Made by a program: the position numbers and the translations under genes
Notes under the pieces: model-generated
What the model saw: only the letters and a program-made list of their open reading frames with translations
Databases searched by the model: none
Told to the model about the DNA's origin: nothing
Origin: Halalkalibacterium halodurans
GTDB taxonomy: Bacteria; Bacillota; Bacilli; Bacillales; Bacillaceae_D
DNA length: 32,000 nt
NCBI RefSeq assembly: GCF_004376175.1
Contig: NZ_SNUY01000039.1
Coordinates: 1 to 32,000, forward strand
Direction: 5' to 3'
Part shown: positions 26,249 through 32,000 of the stretch, one piece after another
Position numbering within the stretch: position 1 is the stretch's first letter
Layout of the letters: the number at the start of each line of letters is the position of its first letter

Positions 26249-26968
26249 ATGCTGTATGAATTGCTCATTAAGCTTTCCCTCTCTCTCGTCCTTGGCCTCC
26301 TAATTGGGATTGACCGACAAATGAAACATAAACCACTTGGTCTACGAACAAGCATGGTTATTTGCGTTGCTAGTTGCTTATTAACCATTGTTTCGATTGA
26401 GCATATATCTCGGAGTGGGTTAATTTTTCATAATACGAACAATGTGGACCCTATGCGTTTAGCAGCGCAAATTGTTAGCGGGATCGGATTTTTAGGAGCC
26501 GGCGTCATTTTACGTCGAAACAATGATGTCATCTCCGGCCTGACCACGGCAGCAATGATTTGGGCAGCTTCCGGCTTAGGAATCGCAATCGGTGCAGGTT
26601 TTTATTTCGAGTCCTTTTTTGCCGTCATTCTTATTTTAATCGCGGTTAATGTCATTCCCATTATGTTTCGTTGGGTGGGCCCTGCTTCATTACGCCATCG
26701 TGATGTAGGGGTTAAGATGGTACTAACGGAGCAAGCAAACATCGCAAATGTCATCGAGGCGATTAACCAAACGAGCGATACAACAAAAACGTTTCGAAAA
26801 CGTAAAGACCGAGTGGATATTCGAAACCTAAAAATGAAAGACCTTGAAGCAAATAAGCAACAACTTCAATTCACGTTATCGATCCCGAGCCATCAATACT
26901 CCGTTGAATTTTTTTACAAGCTTAAAGCAATTCCTTCAGTTGATTCAGTTGAATTAGGGGATTTGTAG
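26249..26968 (+). CDS. MgtC/SapB family membrane protein
   Basis: N-terminal TM domain with GIDRQ...GLRT and GIGFLGAGVIL...GLTTAA.IW..A.GLGIA.G motifs, plus a soluble C-terminal domain. Confidence 0.9.
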   Translation: MLYELLIKLSLSLVLGLLIGIDRQMKHKPLGLRTSMVICVASCLLTIVSIEHISRSGLIFHNTNNVDPMRLAAQIVSGIGFLGAGVILRRNNDVISGLTTAAMIWAASGLGIAIGAGFYFESFFAVILILIAVNVIPIMFRWVGPASLRHRDVGVKMVLTEQANIANVIEAINQTSDTTKTFRKRKDRVDIRNLKMKDLEANKQQLQFTLSIPSHQYSVEFFYKLKAIPSVDSVELGDL

Positions 26969-27024
26969 CACTAAAAGATTAAGTCCGCCCTTGTTGCATC
27001 TCTGGCGTTTTTAAAGATCAAAAT

Positions 27025-27058
27025 AAGGAGAGAAGCGTGAATCATAGCTTCCCTCCTT
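27025..27058. terminator. Bidirectional terminator between mgtC-like and aldh
   Basis: AAGGAGAGAAGC (27025-27036) pairs with GCTTCCCTCCTT (27047-27058) with one mismatch. T-rich tracts follow on both strands. Confidence 0.7.
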
Positions 27059-27072
27059 TCGTCATTTAAGAC

Positions 27073-28569
27073 TTAATCCATATTCACCCAAACACTTTTC
27101 ACTTCAGTATAATTTTCTAATGCATAGCTCCCCATTTCCCGGCCAATCCCCGATTGTTTGTAACCACCAAACGGGCTCGCGGCATCGAATACATTGTAGC
27201 AATTCACCCAAATGGTCCCTGCCTTGATTCGGTGGGCAATGTAGTGTGCTTTTTTAATATCCTGTGTCCAAACACCAGCAGCTAGTCCATAATCAGAATC
27301 GTTGGCTTTATCAATTAGGTCGTCTATGCTATCAAACGGCATTGCGGCTACAACTGGACCAAAAATTTCCTCCTTGGCGATCGTCATGGAATGATCCACG
27401 TCAGCAAAAATGGTTGGGGCGACAAAATACCCTTGATCATACGGAATGTTCCCACCTGTTAGTAGTTCTGCCCCTTCCTCAACCCCACGATCGATGTAAT
27501 TTTTCACTCGACTTTGTTGTTGATTTGAAATCAGAGGTCCCATGGTCGTTTGTTCTAATAATCCATCCCCTTGCTGAATCTCATTCGTTAACGACACCAG
27601 GTCAGCAACGACATGATCATACTGTTTCTTTTGTACATATAAACGACTTCCTGCGCAACACACTTGGCCTTGATTGAACATAATGCCCATAAGTGAGCCA
27701 GGAACGGCCTTTGACAAATCAGCATCAGGTAAAATGATATTTGGTGACTTGCCCCCAAGTTCAAGCGTTACTCTTTTTAATGATTCACTCGCTTGTTTCA
27801 TAATTAACTTTCCGACATCAGTCGACCCTGTAAAAGCCACTTTATCTACAGCTGGGTGATTCACAAGGGGAGCTCCAGCCGAATGCCCAAATCCAGGGAC
27901 AATGTTCACAACCCCTTTTGGAAAACCTGCTTCATTGATCAATTCTCCTAAATATAAGGCGGAAAGTGGAGTCTGCTCTGCCGGTTTTAACACAACCGTA
28001 CAACCTGTAGCTAGAGCGGCACCAAGTTTCCAAGCAGCCATCAATAACGGGAAATTCCAAGGAATGATTTGGCCTACAACGCCAATGGCTTCATGGCGCG
28101 TGTAGTTAAAATAATGGCCTTGTACAGGGATGGTTTGGCCCACAATTTTTGTCGCCCATCCTGCAAAGTAACGAAAGTGTTCAATTACTAATGGAATATC
28201 AGCATTGGCCGTCTCACGAATTGGCTTACCATTATCTAACGTCTCAAGCTGAGCTAACGCTTCTTTATGATCCTCAATCAAATCAGCCAGCTTGTATATG
28301 AGTCGACTTCTTTCCGCTGCACTCATTTTAGACCAAGGCCCTTCATCGAACGCTTTCCTTGCCGCTTTCACTGCAAAATCGATGTCCTCTGACCCAGCTT
28401 CTGCTACGAGAGCTAATGTTTCTCCGGTTGCTGGATTCATCGTTTCAAAAGATTGTCCAGAGAATGAATCAACCCATTCCCCATTAATAAATAGCTTCTT
28501 TGGTCCACCGTTTAAAAACGCCACTAACCTTGGATTTAATTTGCTATCGTTTGTTGAGATTTTTTGCAT
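27073..28569 (-). CDS. NAD(P)+-dependent aldehyde dehydrogenase
   Basis: ELGGKSP and the catalytic FNQGQVCCAGSR motifs are present. The track TTG 28590 is rejected in favour of ATG 28569, preceded by AAGGGGGAA. Confidence 0.95.
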   Translation of the reverse strand: MQKISTNDSKLNPRLVAFLNGGPKKLFINGEWVDSFSGQSFETMNPATGETLALVAEAGSEDIDFAVKAARKAFDEGPWSKMSAAERSRLIYKLADLIEDHKEALAQLETLDNGKPIRETANADIPLVIEHFRYFAGWATKIVGQTIPVQGHYFNYTRHEAIGVVGQIIPWNFPLLMAAWKLGAALATGCTVVLKPAEQTPLSALYLGELINEAGFPKGVVNIVPGFGHSAGAPLVNHPAVDKVAFTGSTDVGKLIMKQASESLKRVTLELGGKSPNIILPDADLSKAVPGSLMGIMFNQGQVCCAGSRLYVQKKQYDHVVADLVSLTNEIQQGDGLLEQTTMGPLISNQQQSRVKNYIDRGVEEGAELLTGGNIPYDQGYFVAPTIFADVDHSMTIAKEEIFGPVVAAMPFDSIDDLIDKANDSDYGLAAGVWTQDIKKAHYIAHRIKAGTIWVNCYNVFDAASPFGGYKQSGIGREMGSYALENYTEVKSVWVNMD

Positions 28570-28595
28570 TCTTTTTTCCCCCTTATTCAATCGTT

Positions 28596-29636
28596 TTAAG
28601 CCATTGTTAATACAACACGGCCGTTAATTTTTCCGTTTGCCATTCTTTCAAACACGTCATTGATTTTATCTAGCGGTTGAACTTCAATGTTAGTTCGCAC
28701 TTTTCCTTGGGCCGCAAATTCGATTGATTCTTGCAAATCCTTTCGCGTACCTACAATTGAGCCTTTCACCGTTACCCCGTTCAATACTGTATCGAAAATC
28801 GGAATTGGTAATTCATCATTTGGAAGACCGACCACTACCAATGTCCCTCCTCTTTTAACAGATCCGTAAGCTTGTTCAAATGCTTTTTTCGTTACTGCTA
28901 CACTAATGGCCGCTTGAACTCCACCCACTTTTTCTTTAATTTCTTGAACAGGATCTACTTCCAATCCATTTACTGTTAAATCTGCTCCAAGACTTTTTGC
29001 TAACTCTAATTTATCCTCCATAATATCTACGGCAATGACGTTATAACCCATCGCTTTTGCATACTGTAGAGCAACGTGACCTAGTCCACCGATTCCATAA
29101 ATGGCGACCCAGTCCCCTGCTTTGGCTTCTGCTACTTTCAGTGCCTTATAAGTCGTCACCCCTGCGCAAAAAATGGGTGATACTTCGGCAAAATCAAGAT
29201 GCTCTGGAATTTTTACTACATAGTTTGCAGGAGCCTTACAATATTCTGCATATCCCCCATCCACTGAATATCCAGCATTTAATTGGTCTGGGCATAACGT
29301 CTCCCGGCCTGTCAAACAATACTCACACTCTCCACACGCAGAATAAAGCCACGGAATACCGACCCGATCCCCTACCTTTATTGAAGTTACCCCTTCTCCT
29401 ATTTCCTTTACAATGCCTACCCCTTCATGACCAGGGATAAGTGGAAGCTTAGGCTTTACAGGCCAATCTCCATGAGCGGCATGCAAGTCTGTATGACAAA
29501 CACCGCAAGCCTTAATTTTGACAAGCACCTCTCCATACTCCAATGAAGGTACCGGAACTTCCTTAATCTCTAATTGCTGTTTGAACTTATCCACGACCGC
29601 CGCTTTCATCATTCTTCGTTCGGTTATTTCACCCAT
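28596..29636 (-). CDS. Zinc-dependent alcohol dehydrogenase (AdhA/AdhP-like)
   Basis: [14 protein letters not shown], the structural-Zn cysteine cluster CGECEYC, and the GIGGLGH Rossmann motif are present. ATG 29636 lies 7 nt after GAGGGGAGAG; MKAAVV at 29609 is an alternative start. Confidence 0.95.
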   Translation of the reverse strand: MGEITERRMMKAAVVDKFKQQLEIKEVPVPSLEYGEVLVKIKACGVCHTDLHAAHGDWPVKPKLPLIPGHEGVGIVKEIGEGVTSIKVGDRVGIPWLYSACGECEYCLTGRETLCPDQLNAGYSVDGGYAEYCKAPANYVVKIPEHLDFAEVSPIFCAGVTTYKALKVAEAKAGDWVAIYGIGGLGHVALQYAKAMGYNVIAVDIMEDKLELAKSLGADLTVNGLEVDPVQEIKEKVGGVQAAISVAVTKKAFEQAYGSVKRGGTLVVVGLPNDELPIPIFDTVLNGVTVKGSIVGTRKDLQESIEFAAQGKVRTNIEVQPLDKINDVFERMANGKINGRVVLTMA

Positions 29637-29676
29637 GTAAAATCTCTCCCCTCATTTTGGTTTCACTACTTAAACA

Positions 29677-29692
29677 AGCAAGAATCGTGCCA
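29677..29692 (-). promoter_or_regulatory. Sigma-54 (-24/-12) promoter of adh-aldh
   Basis: The minus strand reads TGGCAC-GATTC-TTGCT, matching the consensus TGGCAC-N5-TTGCW. It lies ~40 nt upstream of the adh ATG and downstream of a sigma-54 activator gene. Confidence 0.8.
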
Positions 29693-29853
29693 ACAAAAAA
29701 GCGCTTTCATCATGTGAGTTCCCTTCCTTGCGGCCAAAAAATCGGCTCTTTACGGCCGTATTCTTGGACAAAACATGACAACTTTTCGCGAAATCGGTAA
29801 ACACGGGTTTAAAAATAAAAAAAGAACCCTTTTCATAAAGAGCTCTCTACTCG

Positions 29854-31305
29854 CTATTCTGTATTCACTTTTTCATTTAAAAGATATCGGAGCTTTCTCG
29901 TCGAAATTTGCAACCGTTTTGCGGCTGCTTTTCGGTTGCCATGGGTAGCTTCTAACGTTTGTAAAATGAGAGCTTTGCCGAGTTGTGACTCTAACTGTTT
30001 AACTTGGGCAAGAACCTCTTCTAAATCAATCTCTTCTTTTTGTGAATAAAAACATAAAGCTTCATCCATCCATTTTTCAATATGCTCGTCCATGCCCTCT
30101 CCCAGTGTTTCGGAACGACTGCTAGCTGTTAGCTTTTTAGAGGTGACCGAACGTTGACCTGTAAACGGAAGATGATCAGCAGTGATTTTCACATGACCGG
30201 AATCAGCTAACGTAACGATCCTAGTAATGCAGTTTGATAATTCTCGGATATTCCCTGGCCATTCATAGCTTTGCATCGTTTTTACGGCGTCATCCGAAAA
30301 CGTGATTTCGATACTTGGATATCGTTTCAAAAAGTGTTCTATTAAGAGTGGGATGTCCTCTTTTCTCTCTCGAAGCGGCGGAATTTGTAAATGGACGACG
30401 TTTAACCGGTAAAATAGATCTTCTCTAAATTTTTTCTGCTGCACCGCTTCTTGAAGATCTTCGTTCGTTGCCGCAAGCAGACGGGTATTTGTTCGAAATA
30501 TTCGTTCTCCTCCTACACGCATAAACTCTCGTGTTTCAAGTACACGTAAGAGTTTCACTTGAATTGAAGTTGAGGCTTCCGCTATTTCATCAAGAAACAG
30601 CGTCCCCTTGCTGGCAATTTCAAAAAGGCCTTTCCGCATTTGTGTTGCCCCTGTAAAGGCTCCTTTTTCGTGACCAAAAAGCTCACTCTCCAATAAAGAT
30701 TCGGATAGTGCTCCACAGTTTACCCCAATAAACGATTCGTAACTCCTTTGACTTGCCTGATGGATAAACCGTGCCAACACTTCCTTTCCCGTCCCTGTTT
30801 CCCCCTCAATTAACACATTTACATTTTTGCCTGCTACTTTATAAGCCGTTTGAATTAACTGTCTCATGGTCTCATTCTGTCCCACAATGAGCCCTACATT
30901 TATAGCCAAATCGAGAATGCGTTGCTCGTTGGAGGTTACATTGGAAATGAGCAAGTCGTCCACTTGGGCCTCTAACAAGTCAATATCATCAAATGGCTTC
31001 TCTATGTAATCACTTGCCCCTAACTTCATCGCCTCGACGGCTGTTTTTATTGTGCTGTAACCTGTCATGATAATCACTTTACAATGGGGTTGTCTCCTTT
31101 TCAAATGCTTGAGTAACACAATTCCATTAGCATCAGGTAATTTTAGGTCGATCATCGCAGCATGAAATGGCTGGTGGCTAAAGTCAATTTCATTGAATTC
31201 CTTTCCACTATTTACAACAGTCACATTGTATCCCTTTGACATGAAGAGATGGGAAAGAAAGTTACCTACTTCTACTTCATCGTCAATGATTAATATGCTT
31301 GTCAT
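29854..31305 (-). CDS. Sigma-54-dependent response regulator (NtrC family: receiver + AAA+ + Fis-type HTH)
   Basis: - Receiver: ILIIDDE...MIDLKLPD.
- AAA+: GETGTGKE Walker A and the GAFTGA sigma-54 contact loop.
- C-terminal HTH: GNRKAAAKRLQISTRKLRY. Confidence 0.95.
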   Translation of the reverse strand: MTSILIIDDEVEVGNFLSHLFMSKGYNVTVVNSGKEFNEIDFSHQPFHAAMIDLKLPDANGIVLLKHLKRRQPHCKVIIMTGYSTIKTAVEAMKLGASDYIEKPFDDIDLLEAQVDDLLISNVTSNEQRILDLAINVGLIVGQNETMRQLIQTAYKVAGKNVNVLIEGETGTGKEVLARFIHQASQRSYESFIGVNCGALSESLLESELFGHEKGAFTGATQMRKGLFEIASKGTLFLDEIAEASTSIQVKLLRVLETREFMRVGGERIFRTNTRLLAATNEDLQEAVQQKKFREDLFYRLNVVHLQIPPLRERKEDIPLLIEHFLKRYPSIEITFSDDAVKTMQSYEWPGNIRELSNCITRIVTLADSGHVKITADHLPFTGQRSVTSKKLTASSRSETLGEGMDEHIEKWMDEALCFYSQKEEIDLEEVLAQVKQLESQLGKALILQTLEATHGNRKAAAKRLQISTRKLRYLLNEKVNTE

Positions 31306-32000
31306 ACCGCCCCTCCAATCTTGGTGCTAGCTGCTGGCAACCTTAAGATAAAGGTACTCCCTTTTTTAAGTTTGCTGTGAACATCAATTGTTCCGCCGTG
31401 CGATTTGGCGATACCAATACTGACAGATAACCCTAATCCTGTCCCTTCTTTGGATGATTTTGTTGTATGAAAAGGGTGAAAGATTTCTGCCAATCGTTCT
31501 TCCTCAATTCCGATTCCGTTATCTGTCACTGATAGATGAACTTCATTGTACTGAAACCACGTCTTAATGAGGACTTCCTTTTTGTCACTTAGGGCTTCTT
31601 CTAGTGCATCTTTCGCATTCAATAATAAATTAATAATAATTTGTTCAATCTGCGCTTGGTTACCTTCAATCAACGGGATATCTTCTTGTAGATCTGTTTT
31701 GATCACAACTTCTTCTTTTTGTAATTGATACTTTAATAGGTTCAATGTTTCATTTACAGCATCATTAATTGCACAAGCCTTAAACACAAATTCTTCCTGT
31801 CTCGAAAAGGTAAGTAGGCTATTAATGATTCGTTTGCAGCGATTACCACAATTTTTTATATCCGTTAAAAGTGGGAACAACGGGTCATGATCTTTCACAT
31901 CTCTAAGAATCAGTTGAGAATTCCCCAAAATAGCAGTTAACGGGCTGTTAAGTTCGTGGGCCACTCCTGCTGCCATTTCACCTATAGCCGCCAGTTTTCC
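31302..32000 (-). CDS. Sensor histidine kinase (C-terminal part; N-terminus beyond window)
   Basis: The frame stays open to the window edge (GKLAAIGEMAAGVAHELNSPL is the H-box). The HATPase_c N, G1 and G2 boxes are NLLLNAKDA, DNGIGI and GTGLGLS. There is an ATGA overlap with the response regulator start. Confidence 0.88.
   Translation of the reverse strand, partial: GKLAAIGEMAAGVAHELNSPLTAILGNSQLILRDVKDHDPLFPLLTDIKNCGNRCKRIINSLLTFSRQEEFVFKACAINDAVNETLNLLKYQLQKEEVVIKTDLQEDIPLIEGNQAQIEQIIINLLLNAKDALEEALSDKKEVLIKTWFQYNEVHLSVTDNGIGIEEERLAEIFHPFHTTKSSKEGTGLGLSVSIGIAKSHGGTIDVHSKLKKGSTFILRLPAASTKIGGAV

Overview
This is a Bacillaceae-type chromosomal segment of roughly mid-40s %GC by eye, with AT-richer accessory parts. 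From my memory of the B. subtilis 168 map, the backbone is syntenic with thiL-tsaE-tsaB-rimI-tsaD / ydiF / rex-tatAy-tatCy / ydiK-ydiL / groES-groEL, here mostly on the minus strand.

Left end (1-4934) is accessory DNA:
- An IS110-family transposase, cut by the window edge, followed by a ~440 nt ORF-free structured tail.
- An orphan IS21-type istB with terminal repeats.
- A low-GC three-gene cassette of unknown function.
- A ~1 kb gene-poor stretch holding a decayed colicin/pyocin-type immunity pseudogene.

The housekeeping backbone is interrupted by:
- A copZ / copA-csoR copper module with duplicated operators.
- Glycerate kinase and a DHA2 MFS pump.
- A 718-aa lipoprotein/polytopic membrane protein of unknown function.

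Other notable non-coding elements:
- A perfect CIRCE operator upstream of groESL.
- A dense DnaA-box cluster next to tsaD.
- A stand-alone 5S rRNA plus initiator tRNA-fMet unit with its own promoter and no 16S/23S upstream.
- A textbook sigma-54 (-24/-12) promoter driving adh-aldh. It lies downstream of a cotranscribed histidine kinase / NtrC-type response regulator pair, and the kinase runs off the right edge.

Several ORF-track starts sit inside the Shine-Dalgarno sequence and are corrected below: groES, csoR, copA, glxK, tsaD, rimI, thiL, aldh, ydiF and istB. No CRISPR array was seen. The best candidates for something new are the IS110 3' tail (possible bridge/seek guide RNA), the DnaA-box cluster, the orphan 5S unit, the 718-aa protein and the sigma-54 two-component alcohol/aldehyde module. 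All functional calls rest on motif recognition by eye; no database search was possible.
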